Numbered from the stretch's first letter, positions 36,104-46,226 are shown. The stretch: DNA of 64,000 nt from Lachnospiraceae bacterium GAM79 (GCA_963619035.1 CAVEUC010000007.1:3127-67126), one strand, 5' to 3'. Notes: generated by a model not told the origin, from the sequence alone. Numbers and translations: made by a program.

Positions 36104-36988
36104 ATGGCAAAGAATTTAGATGTTAAATGGGCAGTTATCCCTTGTGCTGGACATGGAACAAGATTTCTACCAATCACAAAAGGAACACCTAAAGAGATGT
36201 GTCCAATAGTTGATAAACCAACTTTAGATTATATTGTTGATGAAGTTATCGCTGGTGGAGTTGAAAATATCGTTTTCATCATCAGTGAAGGAAAAGACGA
36301 TATTAAAAGATATTATAAAAAAGATGATGCTTATGAAAAAGAATTGATCAGTAAAGGTAAAGAAAAATATGCTGAATTAATTCATAAAGTTTCTCATAAA
36401 GCTAATTTTTATTTTGTCCCTCAAACTGAATTATTAGGTTTAGGACATGCAGTTTTACAAGCAAAAGACGTTATTAAAGATAACAATTTTATTGTATGTT
36501 GTGGAGATGATATTTGCACATATACTGATGTTGCTCCAGATAAACAACTTATTGACGCATTTAAAGAATGCGGTGGTTATACTTTAGTCGGTGGACAAAA
36601 AGTAGCTCATGATCAAATTAATAAATATGGTTGTATGGATATTAAAAGAGCATTGTCTGATAGATTATATGAATTAAAGAATATCGTAGAAAAACCAAAA
36701 ATCGAAGAAGCTACAAGCGATTTAGCTTCTTTAGGCAAATGGGTTTTTACAAGCAAAATTTTTGAATATTTAGAAAAGACTCCAAAAGGAAAAGGTGGAG
36801 AAATTCAACTTACTGATGCTATCGCTTTATTAATGAAAGATGAACCAGTTTACTATTATGATTTTATTGGAAAAAGATATGATTGTGGTGATAAATTAGG
36901 TTATTTAAAAGCTATTGTTGATGTAGCTTTATCTCGTGATGATTTAAAAGATGATTTTAAAGAATTCTTAAAGGAAAAAGGTTTATAA
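36104..36988 (+). CDS. galU: UTP--glucose-1-phosphate uridylyltransferase
   Basis: 294 aa. N-terminal motif AVIPCAGHGTRFLPITKGTPKEM, and the later VEKP motif. Confidence 0.85.
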   Translation: MAKNLDVKWAVIPCAGHGTRFLPITKGTPKEMCPIVDKPTLDYIVDEVIAGGVENIVFIISEGKDDIKRYYKKDDAYEKELISKGKEKYAELIHKVSHKANFYFVPQTELLGLGHAVLQAKDVIKDNNFIVCCGDDICTYTDVAPDKQLIDAFKECGGYTLVGGQKVAHDQINKYGCMDIKRALSDRLYELKNIVEKPKIEEATSDLASLGKWVFTSKIFEYLEKTPKGKGGEIQLTDAIALLMKDEPVYYYDFIGKRYDCGDKLGYLKAIVDVALSRDDLKDDFKEFLKEKGL

Positions 36989-36989
36989 A

Positions 36990-37862
36990 ATGAGTAAAAG
37001 TAAAGTTTATTTTATTAAAGAAATTACACCTTCAAATATCGTAAAAATTTATGAAGCTTTAGGCATTGAACTTAAAGGAAAAGTAGCTATTAAATTTCAT
37101 AGTGGAGAAGATGGAAATCAAAACTATTTGAAACCTGAATTTTTTAAACCTATTATAGAAAAACTTAACGGTACTTTAGTTGAGTGTAATACAGCTTATG
37201 ATGGTGCTAGAGATACTTTAGAAAAACATAAAGAATTGATGAAAAAACACGAATGGAGCACTAATTTTAATGTCGATATTCTAGATAGCGAAGGTGATGA
37301 TTTAGTATTAGATATTCCTAATGGTGTAGCTATTAAAAAAGATTATGTTGGAAAACATTTATCAAACTATGATTCAATGCTTGTTTTATCGCATTTTAAA
37401 GGTCATCCAATGGGTGGATTTGGTGGAGCATTAAAACAACTTTCAATTGGTTGCGCTTCTAGTTACGGGAAAAAATATATTCATGGAGCTGGAGTTACTG
37501 AAGGTAATTTTTGGGCTACAGAACAAACTAAATTTATTCAATCTATGGCTGATGCAGCAAGTTCAGTAAATAATTTGTTTAAAGGTAGAGTCGCTTATAT
37601 TAATGTTATGAAAAACATGAGCGTCGATTGTGATTGTTGTGCAGTTGCTGAAGATCCATGTTTAAAAGATATTGGAATTTTAGCTTCTTTAGATCCAGTT
37701 AGTATCGATAAAGCATGTTTAGATTTAGTAATTAACTCCAACGATCCTGGGAAAGAACATTTCTTAGAGAGAGTTTATTCTAGAAAAGGTGATTTAATTT
37801 TAAAAGATAGTGAACTTTTAAATGCAGGTTCTTTAGATTACGAATTAATTGAGGTTAAATAA
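36990..37862 (+). CDS. DUF362-like protein with a C-terminal Cys cluster
   Basis: 290 aa. It contains the Cys cluster CDCCAVAEDPC. The family assignment is from memory and is moderate. Confidence 0.45.
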   Translation: MSKSKVYFIKEITPSNIVKIYEALGIELKGKVAIKFHSGEDGNQNYLKPEFFKPIIEKLNGTLVECNTAYDGARDTLEKHKELMKKHEWSTNFNVDILDSEGDDLVLDIPNGVAIKKDYVGKHLSNYDSMLVLSHFKGHPMGGFGGALKQLSIGCASSYGKKYIHGAGVTEGNFWATEQTKFIQSMADAASSVNNLFKGRVAYINVMKNMSVDCDCCAVAEDPCLKDIGILASLDPVSIDKACLDLVINSNDPGKEHFLERVYSRKGDLILKDSELLNAGSLDYELIEVK

Positions 37863-37864
37863 TT

Positions 37865-38113
37865 ATGATTTATACTTTTTATCAAAATAGATTCCCATTA
37901 TGGGCTAAAATTTTATTAACAATTTTTTGTTCAGGTAGCATTGTTTCTAGAGTATTTTTATTTGTTGATGACTGTGTTAGTCATAAATTAGATAAAAATT
38001 ATTTAGCTTTAGTTGGTGCGATTTTAGCTTGCATTGGTCCTCTTTATATCGTGTTTTGTATTATTGATATCATTTGTCTTTGTACAAGTGGTGAAATTAA
38101 GTTTTTAAGATAA
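37865..38113 (+). CDS. Small hydrophobic membrane protein (2 TM), unknown function
   Basis: 82 aa. Two predicted TM helices. It starts 2 nt after the upstream stop. Confidence 0.5.
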   Translation: MIYTFYQNRFPLWAKILLTIFCSGSIVSRVFLFVDDCVSHKLDKNYLALVGAILACIGPLYIVFCIIDIICLCTSGEIKFLR

Positions 38114-38154
38114 TTTAGATAGTCGATTTAGACTATTAATTGATAACAAAATAA

Positions 38155-38183
38155 TTGACATATATATTCTAAAAGAATATACT
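38155..38183 (+). promoter_or_regulatory. Promoter of rplM-rpsI
   Basis: TTGACA (38155-38160), 17-nt spacer, TATACT (38178-38183). It leaves a leader of about 65 nt before the ATG at 38254. Confidence 0.7.
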
Positions 38184-38253
38184 TTTAAAGACACGATTTC
38201 TAAAAGTGATTTTTGTCCCGGTAAGATGAAATTTAAGAAAGGAAATTGATTGT

Positions 38254-38712
38254 ATGAATAGAGAAACTACAAATTTAAAGAAAGAAGAAATTGTTCGTAA
38301 GTGGTATGTTGTTGATGCAACAAATAAACCTCTTGGAAGATTAGCAAGCGAAATTGCTACTTACTTAATGGGTAAAGAAAAACCATCTTGGACTCCAAAC
38401 CAAGATTGTGGTGATTTCATTATCGTTATCAACTGCGAAAAAGTATCAGTAAGCGGAAATAATATTATGACTAACAAAAAATATTATAACGTTAGCGGAT
38501 ATAACGGTGGTATGAGAGTAAGAACATTAAAAGAAATGCTTGAAAATTATCCAGAAGAACTTATGGAAAGAGCAGTTTGGGGTATGTTACCAAAAGGAAG
38601 ACTTGGAAGAGCTATGTCTAAAAAGTTATTTGTTTATAAAGGTGAAAAACATAATCACGAAGCTCAAAAACCAGAAGTATTAACTTTTAAAAAGTTAGGA
38701 GGTGATAAATAA
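38254..38712 (+). CDS. rplM: 50S ribosomal protein L13
   Basis: 152 aa. [26 protein letters not shown] is typical of L13. Confidence 0.95.
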   Translation: MNRETTNLKKEEIVRKWYVVDATNKPLGRLASEIATYLMGKEKPSWTPNQDCGDFIIVINCEKVSVSGNNIMTNKKYYNVSGYNGGMRVRTLKEMLENYPEELMERAVWGMLPKGRLGRAMSKKLFVYKGEKHNHEAQKPEVLTFKKLGGDK

Positions 38713-39104
38713 TGGCTACAAGTAAAGTATATTACGGAACAGGAAGAAGAAAAACTAGCGTTGCTAAAGTCAGACTTTATCCTGGTACAGGTAAAATCGA
38801 AGTTAATGGCCTTGATGTAAATACATATTTCCCAATGGCTACATTAGTATTAGATTTAAAACAACCTCTTCAAGTTTTAGGAGCAGAAGAAAAATACGAT
38901 GCTAAAATTGAAGTTTTAGGTGGTGGTTATAGCGGACAAGCAGGAGCAGTTAGACTTGGTATTGCTCGTGCACTTCTTGAAGCTCACGAAGATAGAGCTA
39001 CATTAAAAGCTAACGGCTTATTAACACGTAATTCAAGATCTAAAGAAAGAAAGAAATACGGTCTTAAGAAAGCTAGAAAAGCAAGTCAATTCTCAAAACG
39101 TTAA
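38712..39104 (+). CDS. rpsI: 30S ribosomal protein S9
   Basis: 130 aa. [16 protein letters not shown] and a C-terminus ending KR. ATAATG overlap with rplM. Confidence 0.95.
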   Translation: MATSKVYYGTGRRKTSVAKVRLYPGTGKIEVNGLDVNTYFPMATLVLDLKQPLQVLGAEEKYDAKIEVLGGGYSGQAGAVRLGIARALLEAHEDRATLKANGLLTRNSRSKERKKYGLKKARKASQFSKR

Positions 39105-39114
39105 TGAAATTTAT

Positions 39115-39138
39115 GAAAGGCACAAAATTGTGCCTTTC
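39115..39138 (+). terminator. Stem-loop after rpsI (terminator-like, weak U-tail)
   Basis: GAAAGGCACA-AAAT-TGTGCCTTTC, a 10-bp stem. The downstream sequence is AAAATT rather than a clean T-run. Confidence 0.5.
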
Positions 39139-39163
39139 AAAATTAATGTTTTTAAAAAAACTC

Positions 39164-39192
39164 TTGATTTTATAGGCGATTTTATTTATATT
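39164..39192 (+). promoter_or_regulatory. Promoter of the tRNA-Ile/Val/Thr cluster
   Basis: TTGATT (39164-39169), 17-nt spacer, TATATT (39187-39192). It lies about 20 nt upstream of tRNA-Ile. Confidence 0.55.
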
Positions 39193-39211
39193 ATTAAAGC
39201 ACATCAAATTT

Positions 39212-39288
<77 letters not shown>

Positions 39289-39321
39289 AATAAGATAAAG
39301 ATGTGTAAGTGTTCCTACATA

Positions 39322-39396
39322 GGGCGCTTAGCTCAGTGGGAGAGCGCTTCCTTCACACGGAAGAGGTCATAAGTCCGATCCTTATAGCGCCCACCA
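39322..39396 (+). tRNA. tRNA-Val (anticodon CAC), atypical T-loop
   Basis: 75 nt including CCA. Acceptor GGGCGCT/AGCGCCC, anticodon loop TTCACAC. T-arm ATAAG-TCCGATC-CTTAT, so position 55 is C. Confidence 0.8.
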
Positions 39397-39404
39397 TAAG
39401 AAAT

Positions 39405-39480
39405 GCCTTCTTAGCTCAATTGGCAGAGCAACTGATTTGTAATCAGTAGGTTGTTGGTTCGATTCCGATAGAAGGCACCA
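39405..39480 (+). tRNA. tRNA-Thr (anticodon TGT)
   Basis: 76 nt including CCA. Acceptor GCCTTCT/AGAAGGC, anticodon loop TTTGTAA, T-loop TTCGATT. Confidence 0.9.
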
Positions 39481-39493
39481 ATTAATTAAAACT

Positions 39494-39519
39494 AGATCAA
39501 TGCATATTGATCTTTTTTT
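39494..39519 (+). terminator. Rho-independent terminator after the tRNA cluster
   Basis: Stem-loop AGATCAA-TGCATA-TTGATCT followed by T7. Confidence 0.8.
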
Positions 39520-39581
39520 ATTGCTAATTTTATGTTTCTTTATACTTAATTATGTATAATATAAATATAAGGAAATAAAAT

Positions 39582-40601
39582 ATGCAAAATAAATTAAATA
39601 AAGGTCCGTTACTCGATTATAACGGTAATTTGACTGAAGCAGGTTATTCTACAAGTTTAGTTAAAAATTATTCACGAGAAGCCATTAAAACTTCTAAATT
39701 AAAGATTAAAGAATGGGATTATTACTATTTTGGTAATAATGAATTTGGGTTCGCATTTACTATTGCTGATAATGGTTATATGTCTTTAGGAAGTGTATCT
39801 TTTTTAAATTTTAAAACTAAATTTAATATTACTAAATCTAAGATGGGTTTTATGAGTTTAGGTAAAGTTAATCTTCCTAGTAGCAGTGAAGATGGTGATG
39901 TAAGTTATGGAAATAATAAATTTAAATTAGAATTTTATAATGATAATGGGAAAAGACATATTAAAGTATTTGTTAAAAAAATATATAAAAATAAAGATTT
40001 AGAATGTGATATAAATATTAAGGTTACAAATAATGAATCTATGGTTATAGCTACACCTTTTTTAAAGGCTAAACATTTTTATTACAATCAAAAATGTAAT
40101 TTATTAAAAGCTAATGGATATATTAAATTTGGAAATGAAAATTATGAAATTAAGAATATGTATGGTGTTTTAGATTGGGGAAGAGGGGTTTGGACTTATA
40201 AAAATACTTGGTACTGGTCTAGTTTAAATGGAATTAGTGGTGGTAAAGAAATAGGTTTTAATCTAGGTTATGGATTTGGAGATACTTCTCAAGCTAGTGA
40301 AAATATGTTTTTTGTTAATAAAAGAGCTTATAAATTAGATGATGTATATTTTGATATCCCTAAGAATAATAATGGAAAAGAAGAATATTTAAAAGAACGG
40401 AAGATATATAGTAAATCTAAAGATATTGATTTAACTTTTACTCCTATTTTAGATAGATTTAGTGATTCTAATATTCTTATTATTAGGTCTTTACAGCATC
40501 AAGTTTTTGGAACTTTTAATGGAACGATAACAGTGGATAATAAAACATATTATATTGATAATCTAGTTGGTTTTGCAGAAAAAGTATTTAATAAATGGTA
40601 A
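39582..40601 (+). CDS. Hypothetical protein, DUF2804-like
   Basis: 339 aa, soluble. It carries WDYYYF and WYW motifs. The family assignment is from memory only. Confidence 0.45.
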   Translation: MQNKLNKGPLLDYNGNLTEAGYSTSLVKNYSREAIKTSKLKIKEWDYYYFGNNEFGFAFTIADNGYMSLGSVSFLNFKTKFNITKSKMGFMSLGKVNLPSSSEDGDVSYGNNKFKLEFYNDNGKRHIKVFVKKIYKNKDLECDINIKVTNNESMVIATPFLKAKHFYYNQKCNLLKANGYIKFGNENYEIKNMYGVLDWGRGVWTYKNTWYWSSLNGISGGKEIGFNLGYGFGDTSQASENMFFVNKRAYKLDDVYFDIPKNNNGKEEYLKERKIYSKSKDIDLTFTPILDRFSDSNILIIRSLQHQVFGTFNGTITVDNKTYYIDNLVGFAEKVFNKW

Positions 40602-40602
40602 T

Positions 40603-40633
40603 AAAAAAAGACACAAATTAAATTGTGTCTTTT
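40603..40633. terminator. Bidirectional terminator between convergent genes
   Basis: AAAGACACAA-ATTAAA-TTGTGTCTTT with an A-run upstream and a T-run downstream. Confidence 0.75.
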
Positions 40634-40645
40634 ATTTAATTTAGA

Positions 40646-41506
40646 TTATTTTCCTGTATCTGAGAAAACGTCTTTTCTTTTCCAAAGTTTTACTAAGAAT
40701 TCGCTTCTTTCGTAAACATCATCACCAATTAATTTATATAAGATATTTGAGATGATATATTCTGATTTATTATCTTCAGTTAAGTTGATTTCGACGATCA
40801 TAGGAGTTTGGAAATTTGAAGAGAATGTTTGTGAAGCTTCGTCTAATTTAACTAAGTTTTCTAAGTTAGATTTAATTGTTGAGCTCTCTGTACCAAATCT
40901 ATAATAGTTTGATTTTGTTCCTGCTGTATTAGCATCGTAGATGAATTGATAATAATTACTGTTACCATATAAATATTCAAATGGTTTTCTTGTTTCGTAT
41001 TGTTCGTTATTTTCAACTACTTGATCACAAATAATTGATTGATATGAGAATCCCATATAAGTAGCAGATGTTTCGTTATTAATTAAAGCATCCCAGTTAT
41101 CAACTAAATATTCTGCAGCTTCTTGAGTATCTTCACAAGTTGAGCAATCTGATTGAACAAAGAAGAGAATGAATCTATCTTCGTTTGAATATTTTTTCAT
41201 GACGTTTCTTGCTTCGTCGTGATTATTTTCTGACCAATATTCTTGAGCTTTAACATAATCTTCAAAGAATGTATCAGCTGCGCTATTTTTATCAGCAGTT
41301 CCATCGAGTGATAATTGTTTTAAAGCATACCATTCAATATCTGTTTCTGCTGTAGCTTCTTGAATAGCTTTTGAAATCGAAGGGATGGAGAAGATGATAC
41401 CGAAGATGACACCGACAATTAATAATGGTTGTACCCAAGCTGTATCCTTAACCCATCTACCGACAGCTACAAATGGTGAAGCAAATTTTTTCCAAAATTC
41501 TTTCAT
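40646..41506 (-). CDS. N-terminally anchored extracytoplasmic protein with a CxxC motif (thioredoxin-fold-like?)
   Basis: I moved the start to the ATG at the complement of 41504-41506 (GAGG RBS), giving MKEFWKKF. TM helix LLIVGVIFGIIFSIPSI. It contains FILFFVQSDCSTCEDT. The ORF-track start at 41563 is an extension. Confidence 0.55.
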   Translation of the reverse strand: MKEFWKKFASPFVAVGRWVKDTAWVQPLLIVGVIFGIIFSIPSISKAIQEATAETDIEWYALKQLSLDGTADKNSAADTFFEDYVKAQEYWSENNHDEARNVMKKYSNEDRFILFFVQSDCSTCEDTQEAAEYLVDNWDALINNETSATYMGFSYQSIICDQVVENNEQYETRKPFEYLYGNSNYYQFIYDANTAGTKSNYYRFGTESSTIKSNLENLVKLDEASQTFSSNFQTPMIVEINLTEDNKSEYIISNILYKLIGDDVYERSEFLVKLWKRKDVFSDTGK

Positions 41507-41649
41507 AAATAAAACCTCATAACAAGTAATAAAAAATATATCATTAAAAAGACATTTTAACAAGTCATTTTTATGCGCTTATATATTTATTAAATATATA
41601 GCATTAAAATTATATCATTAAATCATTTTTATAAAAATAAAAATAAATG

Positions 41650-42210
41650 CTATTTTTTAAATATTTTCTTAAGATTATTGTTAACTTCTACAAATATTTC
41701 TTTTGTTGTAAAATAATTATCGTTTTTATATTGAGCTACAATTAAATCAGTAGCACCTAAAAATAGTGATAGCATTTGAATAAGTGTATCTTTTCCATAT
41801 TTATTTTTAGAATATTTATTAAAAAGAGCTATGATTTCGTTAATAAATTTAGTTTTAAAAAAATCCACATAGTTTGAAGAATTAAAACTTCTAATTGTAG
41901 GTAAAAATAATGATTCTTTATTAGTTAAATTTAATTCAATTGTATTTAAATAGTTTGTGTAATCCAAAGGACTATCTATAAACATCTGTTCTATTTCTTT
42001 TATTACCATATCATTGAGTTCAAAAATTAAATCATTTATAAGGTTATCAATGTTTTCGTAATATCTATAAAATGTAGTTTTAGTTATATTGGCTTTTTCA
42101 ACAATTTCATTTAAAGAAACTTCTTTATAATTGTTTTTATCTTTTAATAGATCGCAAAAAGCTTTTTGAATATTGTATTTTGTACATTCTCTTTTATTTA
42201 TATTTATCAT
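41650..42210 (-). CDS. TetR/AcrR-family transcriptional regulator
   Basis: 186 aa. N-terminal HTH VSLNEIVEKANITKTTFYRYYENIDNL. Confidence 0.75.
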   Translation of the reverse strand: MININKRECTKYNIQKAFCDLLKDKNNYKEVSLNEIVEKANITKTTFYRYYENIDNLINDLIFELNDMVIKEIEQMFIDSPLDYTNYLNTIELNLTNKESLFLPTIRSFNSSNYVDFFKTKFINEIIALFNKYSKNKYGKDTLIQMLSLFLGATDLIVAQYKNDNYFTTKEIFVEVNNNLKKIFKK

Positions 42211-42482
42211 ATTTTTATTATATTAAAATCTTATTTAAAAGACAAACTGATATAAGATAAGACACTAAATAGTATAATCAGTATAAAAATACTTTTTTCT
42301 TAAAATTTAGTTATAAAACTTACTTTTATAGATTCAGTAAAAATATTTTATTTCACATTTTTTTATATATTTTTGAATATTTTTTCAATTTTTTATTAAT
42401 TTTTTAATTATTTCTCTTTAATTAAAATCATTAAAATTATATAATAATTTTGTTAAATTTCTTAAGGAGGAAATTAAAAATT

Positions 42483-43499
42483 ATGGCTATAAAAGTCGCA
42501 ATTAATGGATTCGGAAGAATCGGTCGTCTTGCATTTAGACAAATGTTTAGAGCGAAAGGATATGAAGTCGTTGCTATTAACGATTTAACAGATCCAAAAA
42601 TGTTAGCTCACCTTTTAAAGTATGATTCAGCTCAAGGCAGATATGCTCTTGCTGATAAAGTTGAAGCTAAAGAAGATTCAATCGTCGTCGACGGTGAAGA
42701 AATCAAAATTTATAAAGAAAAGGATGCAAATAACTGCCCTTGGGGAAAACTTGGTGTTGATGTAGTTCTTGAATGTACAGGTTTCTACACAAGCAAAGAA
42801 AAAGCTATGGCTCACATCAATGCAGGTGCTAAGAAAGTTGTTATCAGCGCTCCAGCTGGAAAAGATTTACCTACAATCGTTTATGGTGTTAATGAAAAAA
42901 CATTAAGCGCTAGCGATACAATCATTTCTGCAGCTAGCTGTACAACAAACTGTTTAGCTCCAATGGCTTACAATTTAAATAACCTTGCTCCAATCGTCAG
43001 TGGTATCATGACAACAGTTCACGCTTATACTGGTGATCAAATGGTTCTTGATGGACCTCATAGAAAAGGCGATTTAAGAAGAGCTAGAGCAGCTGCTGAA
43101 AACATCGTTCCTAACTCAACTGGTGCTGCTAAAGCTATCGGACTTGTAATTCCTGAATTAAACGGAAAATTAATCGGAAGTGCACAAAGAGTTCCTGTTA
43201 AGACAGGTTCAACAACTATTTTAGTTGCTGTCGTTAAAGGAAAAGATTTAACTCCAGAAGTTGTCAATGCTTATATGAAAGAACATACAACTCCATCATT
43301 CGGATATACTGAAGAACCATTAGTTTCATCAGATATTATCGGAATTACTCAAGGTTCATTATTTGATGCTACACAAACTATGGTTTCAAAAATTGATGAA
43401 GATACATATCACGTCCAAGTCGTTTCTTGGTATGATAATGAAAATTCATATACAAGCCAAATGGTTCGTACAATCAAATACTTTGCTGAATTAAAGTAG
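42483..43499 (+). CDS. gap: Type I glyceraldehyde-3-phosphate dehydrogenase
   Basis: I moved the start to ATG 42483 (AAGGAGG RBS), giving [15 protein letters not shown]. Catalytic motif SCTTNC. The ORF-track TTG start at 42450 is an extension. Confidence 0.95.
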   Translation: MAIKVAINGFGRIGRLAFRQMFRAKGYEVVAINDLTDPKMLAHLLKYDSAQGRYALADKVEAKEDSIVVDGEEIKIYKEKDANNCPWGKLGVDVVLECTGFYTSKEKAMAHINAGAKKVVISAPAGKDLPTIVYGVNEKTLSASDTIISAASCTTNCLAPMAYNLNNLAPIVSGIMTTVHAYTGDQMVLDGPHRKGDLRRARAAAENIVPNSTGAAKAIGLVIPELNGKLIGSAQRVPVKTGSTTILVAVVKGKDLTPEVVNAYMKEHTTPSFGYTEEPLVSSDIIGITQGSLFDATQTMVSKIDEDTYHVQVVSWYDNENSYTSQMVRTIKYFAELK

Positions 43500-43509
43500 T
43501 TTAAATTAT

Positions 43510-43537
43510 GAAAAAGGCCTTTTTCTAGGCCTTTTTC
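43510..43537 (+). terminator. Stem-loop between gap and pgk (terminator or attenuator)
   Basis: GAAAAAGGCCT-TTTTCT-AGGCCTTTTTC, an 11-bp stem with T-rich 3' flank. Confidence 0.6.
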
Positions 43538-43559
43538 TATCTAAATAAAGGAGAATAAT

Positions 43560-44792
43560 ATGAATACAATTGAAAATTTAACTAACATTGAAGGTAAAAA
43601 AATATTAGTTAGAGTTGATTTTAACGTTCCTTTAAAAGGTGAACAAATTAGAGATGATAATAGAATTATCCAAGCTTTACCTACAATTAAATACCTTCTT
43701 GAAAAAGGTGCTAGCTTAGTTTTAATGTCACACCTTGGAAAAATTAAATGGGGAAAAGTTGACGATGCTGAAATCGAAGCTGAAAAGAAAAAGAACAACA
43801 TGGAATATGTTTATCCTCGTTTAAAAGAATTATTAGCAGGATACACAGTAAAATTTGTAAATGCTACACATGGTGAAGAATTAAAAACTGCTATTGCTGG
43901 TTTAAAAGAAAAAGAAGTTTTACTTGTTCAAAATACACGTTATGAAAAAGGTGAATCTAAGAATAATCCTGAATTAAGTAAAGAGTGGGCAAGTTATGTT
44001 GATGGCTTTGTAATGGATGCTTTCGGAAGTGCTCATAGAGCTCACGCTTCAACTTATGGTGTACCAGAAGCTTTAAAAGCTGAAGGAAAACCAGTTGCTT
44101 TAGGTTTCTTAATGGAAAAAGAAGTTAAGAATCTTGGAGCTTGTGTAAGTGGTGATGTCCATCCATATATCGCTATTTTAGGTGGTTTCAAAGTTTCAGA
44201 TAAAATTAAAGTTATCGAATCTTTATTAAAGAAATGCGATAAAATTTTAATTGGTGGAGCTATGACTTATACATTTAAGAAAGCTTTAGGTATGAGCGTT
44301 GGTAATTCTCCAGTAGAAGACGATCAACTTGATTATGCTAGAAAATGTTATGCTAGTGGAAAGATCGTCCTTCCTGTAGATTGCAAATGTGCTAATGATT
44401 TCGATAATCCTACAGAAGTTAAAGTTGTTGATACTAACATCGAAGAAGGTGCAAAAAATGTTGAAATTCCTGATGGATTTGAAGGTCTTGATGTCGGTCC
44501 AAAATCAGTTGAAGTTTATAAAAAATATATCGCTTCAGCAAAATTAATTTTCTGGAATGGTCCTGTCGGTGTTTTTGAAAAACCTGAATATCAAGCAGGT
44601 ACAAAAGCTGTTTGTAAAGCTATTACAGAAAATAAAGATTGCTTTAGTGTTATTGGTGGTGGAGATAGTGCTGCTGCTGCTAAAGAATTTGGCTATGCAG
44701 ATAAATTTTCACACGTTTCTACAGGTGGAGGAGCATCATTAGAAATGATCGAAAATGATGGGCATCTTCCTGGAATCGATGTTATAGGATAG
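43560..44792 (+). CDS. pgk: Phosphoglycerate kinase
   Basis: 410 aa. Motifs RVDFNVPL, LMSHLGK and VIGGGDSAAA. Confidence 0.95.
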   Translation: MNTIENLTNIEGKKILVRVDFNVPLKGEQIRDDNRIIQALPTIKYLLEKGASLVLMSHLGKIKWGKVDDAEIEAEKKKNNMEYVYPRLKELLAGYTVKFVNATHGEELKTAIAGLKEKEVLLVQNTRYEKGESKNNPELSKEWASYVDGFVMDAFGSAHRAHASTYGVPEALKAEGKPVALGFLMEKEVKNLGACVSGDVHPYIAILGGFKVSDKIKVIESLLKKCDKILIGGAMTYTFKKALGMSVGNSPVEDDQLDYARKCYASGKIVLPVDCKCANDFDNPTEVKVVDTNIEEGAKNVEIPDGFEGLDVGPKSVEVYKKYIASAKLIFWNGPVGVFEKPEYQAGTKAVCKAITENKDCFSVIGGGDSAAAAKEFGYADKFSHVSTGGGASLEMIENDGHLPGIDVIG

Positions 44793-44796
44793 TTTT

Positions 44797-45555
44797 ATGA
44801 GAAGAAAATTATTATTAGGTAACTGGAAAATGAACAAGACAGTTACTGAAGCTTGTGAATTTGCTAAAAGTGCAAAAGAATTAGGAAAACTTGCTAAAAG
44901 TAACAAGATCGATATGGGTGTTTGTGTACCTAGTGTCGATTTAGCTCCTGTTAAAAAAATCTTAAAAAATTCTTTAATTGTCGGTGCTGAAAATTGCCAT
45001 TACCTTGATAAAGGTGCTTATACTGGTGAAATTTCAATTCCTATGTTAAAAGATTTAGACATTTCTTGGTGTATTATCGGACATTCTGAAAGAAGAGGTT
45101 ACGATAATGAAACTAGTGAAAAATGTAATTTAAAAATCTTAGCTTTATTAAAGAATGATATGGTCCCAGTCTATTGCTGTGGTGAATCTTTAGAAACTTA
45201 TGAAGCTAATAAAACTAAAGAATTTGTTAAAGAACAAATCGTAACTGGTTTTAAAGGCGTAAGCGAAGAAGATGCTGCTAAAGTTGTTATTGCTTACGAA
45301 CCTATTTGGGCAATCGGAACAGGAAAGAGTGCATCAAAAGAAATCGCTGAAGATATTTGTAAATATATTAGAAATGTTATTAAAGAGTTATATAATGTTA
45401 AAGTTAGTAACAGAATTAGAATTCTTTATGGTGGAAGTGTTAAACCAAATAACATTAAAGAATATTTGCTTCAAAAAGATGTCGATGGTGCTTTAGTTGG
45501 TGGAGCTTCATTAGATCCAGTATCATATAAAGAATTATTAACAAATCTTTTATAA
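44797..45555 (+). CDS. tpiA: Triosephosphate isomerase
   Basis: 252 aa. Motifs GNWKMN, IIGHSERR, AYEPIWAIGTG and YGGSV. Confidence 0.95.
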   Translation: MRRKLLLGNWKMNKTVTEACEFAKSAKELGKLAKSNKIDMGVCVPSVDLAPVKKILKNSLIVGAENCHYLDKGAYTGEISIPMLKDLDISWCIIGHSERRGYDNETSEKCNLKILALLKNDMVPVYCCGESLETYEANKTKEFVKEQIVTGFKGVSEEDAAKVVIAYEPIWAIGTGKSASKEIAEDICKYIRNVIKELYNVKVSNRIRILYGGSVKPNNIKEYLLQKDVDGALVGGASLDPVSYKELLTNLL

Positions 45556-45562
45556 AATAATT

Positions 45563-45613
45563 AATGAACTATTTAGAGGTATAAGTTTAATATCTCTATC
45601 TAGTTCATTTTTT
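45563..45613 (+). terminator. Rho-independent terminator after tpiA
   Basis: 16-nt arms AATGAACTATTTAGAG / CTCTATCTAGTTCATT with a 2-nt internal mismatch, followed by a T-run. Confidence 0.7.
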
Positions 45614-45669
45614 ATATTTAAATACAGTTTTTAATTTGATATATTATTAATGAAAGGAAAGGAAAAAAT

Positions 45670-46200
45670 ATGAAAAAATTTTTAGGAACCATAATTAATG
45701 GATGTAGCGCTTTATTAGGTGCAGTCGTTTATTTATTCCTCTTAGGACCAGTTTTCGGTAAAGCTTATACAAAAGCTAGTATCGCAACATTATCAACTGA
45801 TTGGACATTAGTTGAAGATTTCGAATCTTTAAGCTTTTATAAAGGTTTAGGCGAAAAAGGTTACGGAAATAATTTTAAGGGATTAGGTATTGCAATCTTA
45901 GTTATTTTAGGTGTAGCAGTTGTTTGCACATTATTCTTAATTGCATTAGACTTATTAAAAGCTAAAAAAATTAAATTCCTTAATTTTGTACCTGCATTAT
46001 TATTTGTTGCTGCTGGTGTTTTAGTATTTTTCTTAGGAAATGCTGCAAGTGGAACTGCTACTGCTGGTAGTGGAACTATTTCAGTTGGTGCTAGTGTTAA
46101 ATACTCAATCGGTGCTTGTACAGTATTCGCTGGAATTTTTGCAATCGTTGCTGGTTTAGTAGTTGCTGTTGCTCCATTATTTAGTAAAAAAGGAAAATAA
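45670..46200 (+). CDS. Hypothetical membrane protein (about 4 TM)
   Basis: 176 aa, hydrophobic, Gly/Ala-rich. AAAGGAAAGGA RBS. Confidence 0.55.
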   Translation: MKKFLGTIINGCSALLGAVVYLFLLGPVFGKAYTKASIATLSTDWTLVEDFESLSFYKGLGEKGYGNNFKGLGIAILVILGVAVVCTLFLIALDLLKAKKIKFLNFVPALLFVAAGVLVFFLGNAASGTATAGSGTISVGASVKYSIGACTVFAGIFAIVAGLVVAVAPLFSKKGK

Positions 46201-46226
46201 TTAATCTTATTACTAAAATTAAAATT

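Noticed and set aside
38184-38253. A possible structured L13 autoregulatory leader upstream of rplM.
   Set aside because: A leader of about 65 nt exists, but I could not find a convincing conserved stem by eye. Only a weak 5-bp pairing (ATTTC...GAAAT) is present. A covariance-model search would be needed, so I did not report it as a feature.
43511-43537. An apparent direct repeat AGGCCTTTTTC x2 between gap and pgk.
   Set aside because: It resolves into an 11-bp inverted repeat (GAAAAAGGCCT / AGGCCTTTTTC), which is a terminator or attenuator hairpin rather than a tandem repeat element.
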